Source: Mobula hypostoma
Lineage: Eukaryota
DNA: 64,000 nucleotides
Direction: 5' to 3'
Assembly: GCF_963921235.1 (NCBI RefSeq)
Contig: NC_086108.1
Span: 70,372,001-70,436,000, forward strand
Part shown: piece after piece, positions 13,665-25,460 of the stretch
Numbering within the stretch: position 1 is the first letter of the stretch
Layout: each line of letters starts with the position of its first letter
Position numbers and translations under genes: made by a program
The notes under the pieces: generated by a model
Seen by the model: only the letters and a program-made list of their open reading frames with translations
What the model was told of the DNA's origin: nothing
Databases searched by the model: none

Positions 13665-14080
13665 GCATCCTCTCTGTATGTCTCTTCTCTCCTCTGCCCT
13701 CATGACCTGTCCATCACCTCCATCTGATTCCCTACCTTCTTTCCTTTATTCCAGTACCCTCTTGTCAAATTCCTTCTTCAGCCCTTTATCTCTTCCACCT
13801 ATCACCTTCCAGCTTCTCACATCATGTCCCCTTCCCCACCCACCTATCTTCCCCATCACCTGGTCTCATCATTTCACCTGCCAGCTTAAACTCCTTTCCC
13901 TTCCCACCCCCTGTTTATTCTAGCTTCTACCCCCTTGCTTTTCAGTCCTGATGAAGGGCTTCAGCCCAAAACTTTGACTGTTTATTTCCCTCCCTAGATG
14001 CTGCTTGACCTGCTGAGTTCTTCCAGCATTTTGTGTGTGTTGCTCAAGTTTTCCAACATCTGCAGAATTTCTTGTCTCTT
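13665..14080 (+). mobile_element. Penelope 3'/terminal-repeat fragment with a degenerate hammerhead motif
   Basis: Pyrimidine-rich tract, then cagtc-CTGATGA-agggcttcagccc-aaaa-cttt-gactg, then ...ccaacatctgcaga. Confidence 0.7.
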
Positions 14081-14664
14081 TTACCCTGCCTTACGTAGCT
14101 AGATCATGGACTTCCTGTCAGACTGCTAGCAGGAGGTAAGAGTGGGCTCCCTCACCTCTGCCCCTCTGACCCTCAACACAGGTACCCCTCAGGGCTGTGT
14201 ACTAAGCCCCCTCCTTTACTCTCTGTATACCCATGACTCTATCGCCATCCCCAGCTCTACTCTGCAAATTAAATTAGATGATGACGCTACCCTGATTGGC
14301 CTAATCTCAAATAATAATGAGGCAGCCTACAGAGAAGAAGTCATCACCCTGACATAGTGGTGTCAAGAAAACAACCTCTCCCTCAGTGTCGCAAAAGCAA
14401 AGGAGCTGGTTGTGGACTATAGGAGTAATGGAGACAGGCTAACCCCTATTAACATCTATGGATCTGGGGTTGAGAGGGTGAACAGCTTTAAGTTCCTTAG
14501 TATAAACATCACCAAGGATCTCACGTGGTTTGTACATACCAGCTGTGTGGTGAAAAAGGCACCTCTTCCACCTCAGACAGTTGAAGAAGTTTGGTATGGG
14601 ACTCCAAATCCTACGAACCTTCTATAGGGGCACAATTGAGAGCATCCTGATTGGCTATATCACT

Positions 14665-14871
14665 CAAAAATTGCTGGTGAACACAGCAGACCAGGCAGCA
14701 TCTGTAGGAAGAGGTACAGTCGATGTTTCAGGCCGAGACCTTCGTCCTGACGAAGGGTCTTGGCCGGAAACGTTGACTGTGCTTCTTCATATAGATGCTG
14801 CCTGGCCTGCTGTGTTCACCAGCATTTTGTGTGTGTTGCTTGAATTTCCAGCATCTGCAGATTTCCTTGTG
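14665..14871 (+). mobile_element. Short palindromic Penelope-derived element with hammerhead motif and 14-bp TSD
   Basis: Flanked by TTGGCTATATCACT at 14651-14664 and 14872-14885; inverted arms centred near 14746. Confidence 0.85.
14743..14779 (+). ncRNA. Minimal type I hammerhead ribozyme motif
   Basis: gtc-CTGACGA-a-gggtcttggccg-GAAA-cg-TT-gac: core boxes intact, helix I gtc/gac, palindromic ACGT helix III. Confidence 0.6.
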
Positions 14872-16831
14872 TTGGCTATATCACTGCCTAGTTTGGGAAC
14901 TGTACTTCCCTCAATCGCAGGACTCTGCAGAGTGTGGTGTGGACAGCCCAGCGCATCTGTAGATGTGAACTTCCCACTATTCAGGACATTTACAAAGACA
15001 GGTGTGTAAAAAGGGCCTGAAGGATCATTGGAGACTCAAGTCACCCCAAGCACAAACTCTTCCAGCTGCTACCATCTGGGAAACAGTACCGCAGCATAAA
15101 AGCCAGGACCAACAGGATCCAGGACAGCTTCTTCCGCCAGGCCATCAAACTGCTTAATTCATGTTGACGCAACAGTATTTCTATGTTATATTGTTGTACA
15201 TAATATTTATTATAAATTCCTATAATTGCACATTACACGTTTCGAAGGAGACATAACATAAAGATTTTTATTCATGTATATGAAAAATGTAAGTAATAAA
15301 GTCAATTCAATTCAAGAGGCAGCTTTGTTGTGAGGAAACCAGATTTCATTGGAAAGTTTCAGGTACTATCATTCATTCTTTGTGAGGGAAGAAGAAAAAA
15401 GACCCAGTAAATTAGCAAATCCATAACCAAGCTAGATGAGATATGATTCAAGAATTAACAAAAGCATTGGGGATTTGCATAAAAATAAAATAATAGAATA
15501 AAAATAAATGCTGGAAATAGTCAATGGATGGGGATGGAAAGGTTAGAGGAATCATTAAAGTTGATCACTTTAAACTTAAAAAATTATCTCTGGTGTTTAT
15601 CTCTCCTTAGATGCTGCCTGACTGGCTGAGAATTTCTAACACTTATATTTCATATTGTCAGCATCTTAATTATTTTTAGCTTAATAAAACAAGGACATTG
15701 GAATATGAATAAACTGACTTCTCTTCAAATGATCAGTACTAGAGATTATTGCACTTCAGGTTGATATGTAAATAGGCAGCTGGACAAAATTTATATGTTG
15801 AAGTTAAGTGTGATATCACTGAACTTTTATTATCCTACAAAAAATACTAAATATTAGATTCGTATTGTTGTCCTGCATTCTGTTTTGAAACTCAAGTGTG
15901 CTTTCACCACATTTAGATATGAGCTGCCCCATGTAGCTATAATGAAGTTGGAAATTTTTGTTTTGGAAATGAATTGAGTGTCCAAAAGAAAGGTGAAGTG
16001 ACGATTAGATTCTACTTTGATAAATACTGCTGAATGATGTGCTTGGGATTTAAATCCATTTTATAAATGCTGTGAAGATAGTAAAGGGTGTTTTCTGAAA
16101 GTTTATAGATTAAAAGTAGGAAAGGACTAATATTCAAATATAAAAGGCAGTTGATAAGTAGCATTTAACTTTATGGAAATATAGGTGTTGAAGTCTAATT
16201 ACAATATATAGGGATAAAATGAATATAATGATCAAAAGATGTGGATTGTAATAGCTGCATAAACTGTGTTATAGTGTTTGAGTAAATATTTGTAATTTTT
16301 CCAAAGTATTGGCATGCAACTAGACTTTAAGTGGGATGAGCTCATGATGGGAAGGAAGTGGTGTCTTAACACTAAGTGCAGCAGATTGTGGTAGGAAAGC
16401 AGAACTGCATCATTTTAAGTAAGCTAATTGAACTTTAGTTAAGTTGAACTTTTTTGCTCATCCCATCCTTTCATTACTAAATACCATGTATTCCATTATG
16501 ATCAACATAGCCAGCATTTACTAAAGCATTTAAATGGTCAGGACTCTTTATACTGGTCATTCTAATGTTTGCATAGCAGATACTAATCTGTTATCAATGT
16601 TATGGATATGTAACTCATATAAACATAACTCACCTGATCTTGAAATTAACCTAAAGCTTGACACTGAATGCAGTTTTGGATTTTTGCTTTAGCTTGGTTT
16701 ACATCTGTCATGTGTGATTTATATTCTGTTACTGCAGAAGATAATTTGTGTAGATGGTTATGGAGTTTTAATACACTAAAAGAAAATTTGTAATTATCTG
16801 TCTCTCCTTAATGTGGGGCCTTTTGATGAAG

Positions 16832-16982
16832 ATGATGAAGGCAATGAACAAATCAAATGAGCATGTGTTGGCTTTCGGAGCTTGCTTCAATGAGAAGGCA
16901 GATTCACATTTGGTGTGTGTTCAAAATGATGATGGGAACTACCAAACACAAGCCATAAGTATCCACAACCAGCCTAGAAAGG
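16832..16982 (+). CDS. ZFYVE9: ZFYVE9 coding exon ([50 protein letters not shown])
   Basis: aag|ATG acceptor (weak) and G|gtatgt donor; 151 bp; peptide nearly the same as the human SARA sequence as recalled. Confidence 0.92.
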
Positions 16983-17149
16983 GTATGTGCTCATGAAGTT
17001 GCCTCATCTTTTCTTAATTTAAAAAAAATGTTGAGATGATAACTGTTCAAGTCATTAAAAAAGACATTAACTCTTGTAGCAGTAAATGAACTTTGAAATA
17101 GTCCACAGTGAGCAAAATTGACAACATTTCTATAAATTCTGTTTTGCAG

Positions 17150-17230
17150 TAACTGGAGCCAGTTTTTTTGTGTTCAGTGGCGCTCTGAAATCATCTTCTG
17201 GCTACCTGGCCAAATCTAGCATTGTTGAAG
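17150..17230 (+). CDS. ZFYVE9: ZFYVE9 coding exon ([26 protein letters not shown])
   Basis: ttttgcag| acceptor and G|gtatga donor; 81 bp. Confidence 0.95.
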
Positions 17231-17608
17231 GTATGATATTAGAAAGTTTGTAATTAAATCAAAGATCAATTTTAGATTTGTGATTCATTACTTTTGAGAT
17301 TGATATTTTAACAAATGTGCTGTAACACAGTGTCATGCCAAGACAAAAGGTAAGTTTTGATCTATATCAAAAGATAAGAGTTCCATATTACACAGTGATA
17401 CAAATAATATTCTAAAATTACTAAGTCTTTGACTTGGGGAGAGTAAAATACTATTCTGGTTTCTTAGTTCTGTTCAACATTTCATTTGGATTACCCTTAA
17501 CCTGATTGTGTTTTGCAATTGGGTTAAACATTATGGAATTCATATCTCTAAAAACGTAAGATGTGTGCTATGTTGTCATTGTTATTCTGCTGTATCTTTT
17601 ATTTTCAG

Positions 17609-17771
17609 ATGGTATGATGGTGCAAATCTCAGCTGAAACAATGGATTCTCTACGACAGGCAATTCGGGAAATGAAAGACTTTACCGTAACCTGTGGCAAA
17701 ACAGATGCTGAAGAAACGCAGGAGCACGTTCACATCCATTGGACAGAAGATGACAAAAATATCAACAAAGG
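17609..17771 (+). CDS. ZFYVE9: ZFYVE9 coding exon (GMMVQISAETMDSLRQAIREMKDFTVTCGK...DDKNINK)
   Basis: ttttcag|AT acceptor and GG|gtatct donor; 163 bp. Confidence 0.94.
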
Positions 17772-17811
17772 GTATCTGATTTTAAATTGTCGGTGTAAGA
17801 AAATAGAATAA

Positions 17812-20025
17812 ATCGGATTGTGGTTAATTGGGACACACCGGGACCAGTATAAAAATGACAAACTCCCATTTAACTGCATAACAAATTATGTATTTAAATA
17901 CAGACCAAATTAGAACACTGCCAGTACTACTGGTGCTTCTCTGTCATATTTGGCAATGACAAAAAACCTGTGTGGGAAAGCTTTTAGAGTGGAATACTGG
18001 GCGGTTCTACTCTCTTGACCTCTGTTGTCTGGGACAAGTAGAAGTCACAACTGGGGTCTTCCCTGGTTGCAGTGGATGACAATGACTACTTCTATGCCTT
18101 GTCACGCCCTTCACTCTCCATGTAGCATTGCAAAACTGGCTTCCTGGCCATTTAATTTCACTGTTGATCTCGTCCACTGGAACTGACTTTGCACACTAGG
18201 ACAGTCATGTCCCTACCTCACCATGGTGTGAGACTTGCTGGCTACCCTCACCTGGTTTAGCCCACCTGTCAGTGTACCAGGGTGTGGCCACTGTTACATG
18301 CAAACAGCTACTTGGAGCTGCAGATGGGAGCTGAGTGTCCGGTGTGACTCTCACAGCTATCTGGACTATTCCTCTTCTCACCCTGTCTCTTGCAAAAATG
18401 CCATCCCCTTCTCACAATTCCTCTGTCTCCGCCGCATCTGCTCTCGAGATGAGGCTTTTCATTCTAGGACGAGGGAGATGTCCTCTTTTTTTTAAAAAGA
18501 AAGGGGCTTCCCTTCCTCCACCATCAACTCTGCTCTCAAACACATCTCCCCAATTTCACGCACATCTGCTCTCACTCCATCCTCCCGCCACCCCACTAGG
18601 AATAGGGTTCCCCTTGTCCTCACTTACCACCCCACCAGCCTCCGGGTCAAACATATTATTCTCCGTAACTTCCGCCACCTCCAGTGGGATTCCACCACTA
18701 AGCACATCTTTCCCTCCCCCCCCACCCCCCCCCCCGGCTTTCCGCAGGGATCGCTCCCTACGCGACTCCCTTGTCCATTCGTACCCCCCCATCCCTCCCC
18801 ACCGATCTCCCTCCTGGCACTTATCCTTGTAAGCGGAACAAGTGCTACACATGCCCTTACACTTCCTCCCTTACCACCATCCAGGGCCCCAGACAGTCCT
18901 TCCAGGCGAGGCGACACTTCACCTGTGAGTTGGCTGGGGTGATATACTGCGTCCGGTTCTCCCGATGTGGCCTTCTATATATTGGCGAGACCCGACGCAG
19001 ACTGGGAGATTGTTTCGCTGAACACCTACGCTCTGTCCGCCAGAGAAAGCAGGATCTCCTAGTGGCCACACATTTTAATTCCACATACCGTTCCCATTCT
19101 GATATGTCTATCCATGGCCTCCTCTCCTGTAAAGATGAAGCCACACTCAGGTTGGAGGAACAACACCTTATATTCTGTCTGGGTAGCCTCCAACCTGATG
19201 GCTTGAACATTAACCTCTCAAACTTCGCTAATGCCCCACCTCCCCCTCGTACCCCATCCATTATTTATTTATATACACACATTCTTTTTCTGTCTCTCCT
19301 TTTTCTCCCTCTGTCCTTCTCACTATACCCCTTGCCCATCCTCTGGGTTTCCCCCCCCTCCCCCTTTTCTTTCTCCCTGGGCCTCCTGTCCCATGATCCT
19401 CTCATATCCCTTTTGCCAATCAACTGTCCAGCTCTTGGCTCCATCCCTCCCCCTCCTGTCTTCTCCTATCATTTTGGATCTCCCCCCCCCCCACTTTCAA
19501 ATCTCTAACTATCTCTTCTTTCAGTTAGTCCTGATGAAGGGTTTCAGCCCGCAACGTTGACTGTACCTCTTCCTAGAGATGCTGCCTGGCCTGCTGTGTT
19601 CACCAACAACTTTGATATGTGTTGATTCAAGATGACTGTCAATACCTTCAAATTCTTTGTAGTTCCTAACTTGAAGTAGTAAAATTATTTCATTCTCACT
19701 CCCGACCATTTCTGGCATTTCCAACTTACTGCTTATTTTTCACCAACTATCAGACAAAAATCACTGCTTTTTGAATACAAACGCATGTAACTGTGTTCTT
19801 AAAAACTGATCACTCAAAGCACGGTGTAGTGTCTTAACGGCTACACAATGTGCATGTGACTGACGTTAGTTAGAACATGTTTGGCAACAGTCTCCTGTTG
19901 TGGCATATTCTCCCAAATAAACAAGGGAATCCTGGCTATTTTCTTGATTTTTTTTTTGTTCCTTGAGTTGTCCCGGATAGCAGCTTCCCCGATTAACCGA
20001 TGGCCCAATTAAACGGAATCCACTG
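17812..20025. mobile_element. Old Tigger-type MITE hosting nested insertions
   Basis: Right end cccaattaaacggaatccactg|TA; degraded left end ggattgtggttaattggg. Confidence 0.5.
18336..19625 (+). mobile_element. Penelope-like retroelement, 3' part with GIY-YIG endonuclease and terminal repeat
   Basis: CKRNKCYTC Cys knuckle; VIYCVRFSRCGLLYIGETRRRLGDCFAEH GIY-YIG motif; RT thumb remnant AIPFSQFLCLRRICS; hammerhead-like motif at 19526-19563. Confidence 0.9.
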
Positions 20026-20495
20026 TAATTATGTTTTATAGATCTAAGGCAGAATATCTTGCATTGAAGATTAGGGATTTGTGTGGATTAATGAAGCATA
20101 ATTAGTAGCTGCAATCAGAAATAGGATGAAATATTGCAAACCTCTCTTGGTTCCTGTGCAAAATTACTGTACATCTTTTCTTTTCAAGAGCACAAGAAAG
20201 AAATACAGGCAGAGACCATTTGCTGCTGGGCAATAATGTTTAAGATGGCTGTCCATATCCCTCCACCACCCCCTCCCCCCCAATTTAGAATGACCCACTG
20301 TCTGAAATTTTCTCTTGTTTAGTAGTTGATTGAAAGTATAGCTCCCAATAATTTATAAAAATAAAGTTGCTGCTTTTATTGTGACAAGCTCATTAAAATG
20401 CAGATTGGTATATATGCTTGTAATAGAGACATTTGTATTTCAGTTTTCAAAATTATCACTGGATTAATTTGAACTTTGTGCTTCAACATTTGTAG

Positions 20496-20601
20496 TCTCA
20501 TCAGTCCAATTGATGGCAAATCCATGGATGAAATTCCAAGTGTGAAGATATTTCATGGTTCAGAATTCAAAACAAATGGCAAAGTCATTAGATGGACAGA
20601 G
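20496..20601 (+). CDS. ZFYVE9: ZFYVE9 coding exon (LISPIDGKSMDEIPSVKIFHGSEFKTNGKVIRWTE)
   Basis: tttgtag|T acceptor and GAG|gtaatg donor; 106 bp. Confidence 0.94.
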
Positions 20602-22789
20602 GTAATGGAGCAATACATTAAATATTGTTTCTGGTCACATTTTGCATATTTTTTGGTTGTCAAAGAATAAGTGTCAGTTTTCATTAGAGACAGAAAATGT
20701 ATTGCTGCTTTCTGTTGCTGTTCTGCCAATTAAGGTTATGTTGCCATAGTTTTGCTCAGATCCCCAAGCAGATTATTTACAAAATTTCATTTTGTACACC
20801 TGATTCCCAGGTCCAGATTGCTTGTGTACATAGCAAGCAAAACAAGTTTCAACAAAGATCCCAGTGGAATTTCTCTCCTCACCTTGAATGACATAATGGG
20901 GTGACATGGGAAAATCGGAAAAAAAAACTACCCATGAAAGTTTTCTGGAGACCCTTGACAAGATGTCACAGCTCCATATTCCACTTTGCTGTGTGTCAAA
21001 GCCTTCAAAATTGTAGTTAAACACAATTTAAAATATGAAAAATACTAGAAGCATCTAAACAATATAAAGATTAAACAAATCATGAATAATGTCCTTTTTG
21101 CTTTCTAACTCCCTCACCCCAATTTTTTCCTTGCCCACACCCCAATACCATCCTACTCCCATGATTAAATGTCACCTCATAAAGGGAAACAATGAAAGAT
21201 TCAGCTCCAGCTCAATTGCTGAGCATAGCCAAGAAATATCAGGTAGAGTTCATTGGTAAGCTTGAGCTCACAGATTATGTGGGTGTCCAGAAAGTTATGC
21301 AATGTATGTTGATAGTGCTAAATGGAGTAACAACAAAAGGGCCTACTATATCTTGGCTGATATTAGGCTTTTTGACTGGTGGAGCTAGGTTCATCCAGGC
21401 AAGTGGTAACTATTTCATTTTTACTTCTGATGCGCTTTGCACACGTGGATGGATTTGGTGACTCATGGTACAGATACTGTGTTTCTACAGCTTTTGATGT
21501 CACAGTAATTGTTCTGTTTATTCTCTGGATGTAAGTGATTGCTGATAAGACAAACGTTTATGCTATTAAATGTGTGAATGGTCTGGAGTTCCATTTAGCC
21601 CAGAACATGTAAGTATGGAGATTTTCTTCCTTATCTGAAGCAGTGAGGTATTTATGACAATCTGTGGGTTTCATGATCACTATTTCTTATAAAAGTTTTT
21701 AAAATTTATATCTTAGCTGCCTGCATTTAGATGGATTTAAACTTGCATTGTGGATCATCAGTATAAACCTCTGGATCGTTGGTCAAGTAAAGCGAGCACT
21801 TTGATACCGTACCTGTGGCAAACCCTGTAACTGTTTCTGTTTCAGAGATTAACTTGACATTGTTAATTGTGGGGCTTTCAGTGTTGGCAGTCCTAAAGAA
21901 CACTGTTTGCTAGTGCTGTGTCTGAATTTGATTTCGGCCTGTTTATTATGGATATTTTTTTATTTATTAGAATATGCCATTATTGGCTTATCTTTTCTTA
22001 GACACATCCTTAGAAGCTGAGGATGACTTGCTTTCATTCTAGTTTTGTAGTTCCCAGATATACTGTGTTTATTTTCATTGGTCATAGGTCAGAGATTCCA
22101 CCAAGTTGCTGATGATACCCTCAAAGCCTCTTGGAGGAGTACATCTTTGAAGCATTTACTGAGTTTTGCTGGTAATTATAGGAGGGATCCACACAGTCCC
22201 TAAAGTCTGTTTAAACCATTTAAATAAGACTGATCTGATAATCTCATCTCTGCTGCAAAATATTCAAAGACTCTGCTTCCTCTGTCCTTTGATGTAGAGT
22301 TCCAAAGTTGTGCAAATTTCAAAGAGAAATTTTGCCTTACCTGTCTTAAGTGAGTGTTATCTTTATGTTTAGCTAGTGACTCCAAATTATTGATTCTTCC
22401 ACAAGAAGCGTTATCTCCCTATCCATCTTGTCAAGATTTTCAGGATCTTGCATATTTCTATTAAATCGCTTGTTCTTTTAAACTCTAGGGGATACAAACT
22501 TATGTCTGATTTATGTCTAATCTGCATATTTCAAATACTGGTTCTCTTAAGTGCTTACATTTCTCAATTATGTTTAGGAGAATTAGAAGGTATTCTCAAC
22601 CTTGAGATGTGTGTGGTTCTGAAGAAATGAGCTTTAATATGGTGTTAGAGAGTGGTGACTTATGTGTACAGCTCCGAAGGGAATTGTCAAATATTCCCTT
22701 TCAGAATTACTACAGTTGAAATCTGCAGGCACAGGCACTGCAGTAAGCAACATTGTTTCAAATCCCTAAAAAAAACTGTTAATATTCTA

Positions 22790-23750
22790 TATCGTCCTTT
22801 GGGACTGCAGACCACCCAGGGAGCGAGTGCAGCGGCAGGAAAGTCTCCATTGCCTTGAGAAATGTGGCTGAAGATAAAACTGAAACTCGGGGCACTAAGG
22901 CCCTCCTTCTCAAGACCATCCTGGCTAATGCACAGTCTGTAGAAAATAAATTGAAGACTTTGGAGCAATACCAGAGAGACAGCAGGGACTAATGGGTACT
23001 CTGCTTCGCTGAGATATGGTTCATCCTCAGCACTCTGGACATAGCACTCCAGTCCAAAGCTTCAACTTCCATCTCATGAGCTAGACAGAGGCGTCATGTA
23101 AAGAGAGGCAGTGGCATTTGCTTCATGATTAACTCAGCATGATGCACAGATATGGCAGTTCTGACTCAGCCCTCTTTCTCAACCTGGAATATCTGGTGTC
23201 AAGAGTTCATTGTATCTGCTAAGGGAGTTCTCTGCCATCCTCCTGGTTGCAGTCTACATTCCACCCCTGGCAATCATCAAACTGGCATTAGAGGAGCTAA
23301 CAGAATGGTCAACAGTCACAAGACAGTGCACCCTGATGCCTTCCTGATCATTGCAGGGATTTCAACCAGGCCAGCTTGAAGAGATCCTAACAAGCTACCA
23401 CCATGTCACCTGTGGTACAAGAGGAGCCCACAACCAATTCCTGTTACATCACCATTAAAAATGCTTACCGTGCCATCCAATGCCTACTCTTTGGAAAGTT
23501 TGATAATCTTGCTCAGGTATGGTCACAGGAGGTGAAAGAGTCTTTACAGGACTGCTTTGAAGTGATAAACTGGACCATATTCAGGAATTCAGGAATTCCT
23601 TTTCAGATCTGAATGAATATACCACAGTCATTACCAACTTCATTTAGACTTCTGTGGTTGAGTGTGTGCCTTTAAGATCATACCAAACATACCCAAGCCA
23701 GAAGCCTTTGATAAATCAGGAGATTCATAACCTGCTGAGGGCTAGATTTC
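22790..23750 (+). mobile_element. Degraded Rex1-like LINE (APE endonuclease region)
   Basis: HPDAFLIIAG(DFN) and LQDCFEVINWTIF motifs. Confidence 0.7.
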
Positions 23751-25460
23751 CAGTGTGAAACATGGGAGGGTTTGAGCTAAGCTAGTTTTCGGGAGGGTTT
23801 AAACTAGTTTTGCAGGGGCTGGGAACCAGAGTATCAGGTCAGAAAGTGGAGAGATGAAGAGGAAAGTAAATGTCAGGGCCGGTAAAAACAGACAGGAGCA
23901 TAGCAATAGATACCGATGGAATGGATAGTTTGAAGTGTGTGTATTTTAATGCTAAGAATATTATGGGTAAAGGTGAAAAGCATGGATCAGTACATGGAAC
24001 TAGGTTCAGAGAGGGACAGGAATGAGTACTTAATGTCCCAAGATTTCGATGCTTAAGAAAGTGTGTAGTTGCACTACTAATCGGGGACAACATCACACCG
24101 GCATTCAGAAAGGACATCGGGAGGGCTCATCCACTGAGTATATGGATAGAATTCAAAAATAGAAAGGGTACAATCACTCTGAAGGCATTGTACTACCGAA
24201 TGCCCTGCCCCAAATTGCCCTGGGGCATTGAGGAACAGATACGCGGGCAGGTTAAGGAAAGGTATAAAAACAGTAAGGTTATTTTCATGGGACTTCCGCT
24301 TCCCCAATATAAACTGGGACCTTCTGAGTGTAAGACGTTTAGGTGGGATAGAATTTGTTAGGTGAATCCAGGAGGATTAAATCAATATGTAGATAGTGCA
24401 ACAAGAGGACCGGCTACACAGGACCTGGTGTTGGGTAATAAGCCTGGCCAGCTGGCCGATCTTTCTGTGGGTGAACAGTGATCACAACTCCTTCAGTTTT
24501 AAGATAAGGATAGGTATGACCTTGCGGGAGAGAATTAAATTGGAGCAGGACAAATTATGAGAGCATTAGGCAGGAACTAGAGAGAGTTAATTGGGAGCAA
24601 CTGTTTTTGGTAAGTTCACATCTGACACATGGAAGGTGTTTAAAGACCAACTGCACATAGTACAAGATTGGTGTGTTCCAGTCAGAAGGAAGGATAAGAA
24701 TGGAAAGGTAAGAGAACCTTGGATGTTGAAAGAGGTGATAAATTTAGCAAGAAGAAAAGAGGAAAACTATGTAAAGCTTGGGAAGCTAGGATCAAACACA
24801 GCCTTTGAGAATTACAGGGAAACCAGAAAAGAACTCAAGAAGGGAATTTGGAAAGGCAGGAAAAGTCCTTGGCAAGTAGGATTAAAGGGAATCCCAAGGC
24901 ATTCAATGCATACCAAGAGCAAGAGGATAATTGGGAAGGGGGTAGGACCATTCAAGCGTAAAAAAGGGAACATTTGCTTGTATGTCTGGATGATGTGGGT
25001 GAGGTCCTTAATGAGTACTTTACATCAGTATTTACCAAGGAGAAGTACATGGAGGATAGGGAGATCAGTGCTGAGTGTATTGATATGCTAGGTAATTTTG
25101 AGGTATAGGAGGAGGTAGTGTTGGGTCTCTTAAAAAGCATTGAGGTAATAAGTCATGAGGGCCTGATGGGATATACCCCAAATTAGGAGATTGCTGCGGC
25201 CTTGACCAATATCTTTATGTCCTCCCTAGCCGAGGTCCCAGAAGACTGGTGAGTAGCTAATGTTCTAATATTCAAGAAGGGAACCAGGGATAATCCTGGG
25301 AACTATAGACCGGTGAGTCTCAGATCACTGGTAGGGAAGCTACTGGGGAGAATTCTTCGGGATAGGATTTATGAGTATTTGAAAATTATGGCCTAATTAG
25401 GGATAGCCAGCATGGCTTTGTGCAGTTTTAAGAAGGTCCCTCAAAGGAGGCTCACCAAGA

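Larger units (their letters stand above)
14098..15314 (+). mobile_element. Rex1/Babar LINE, 5'-truncated
   Basis: GTPQGCVLSPLLYSLYTHD RT motif; aataaagtcaattcaattcaa tail; same family as 5456-7137. Confidence 0.88.

Noticed and set aside
18771..19508. Standalone GIY-YIG nuclease gene (245 aa)
   Set aside because: Penelope ORF end; the extra length is frameshift read-through into the pyrimidine-rich 3' tract
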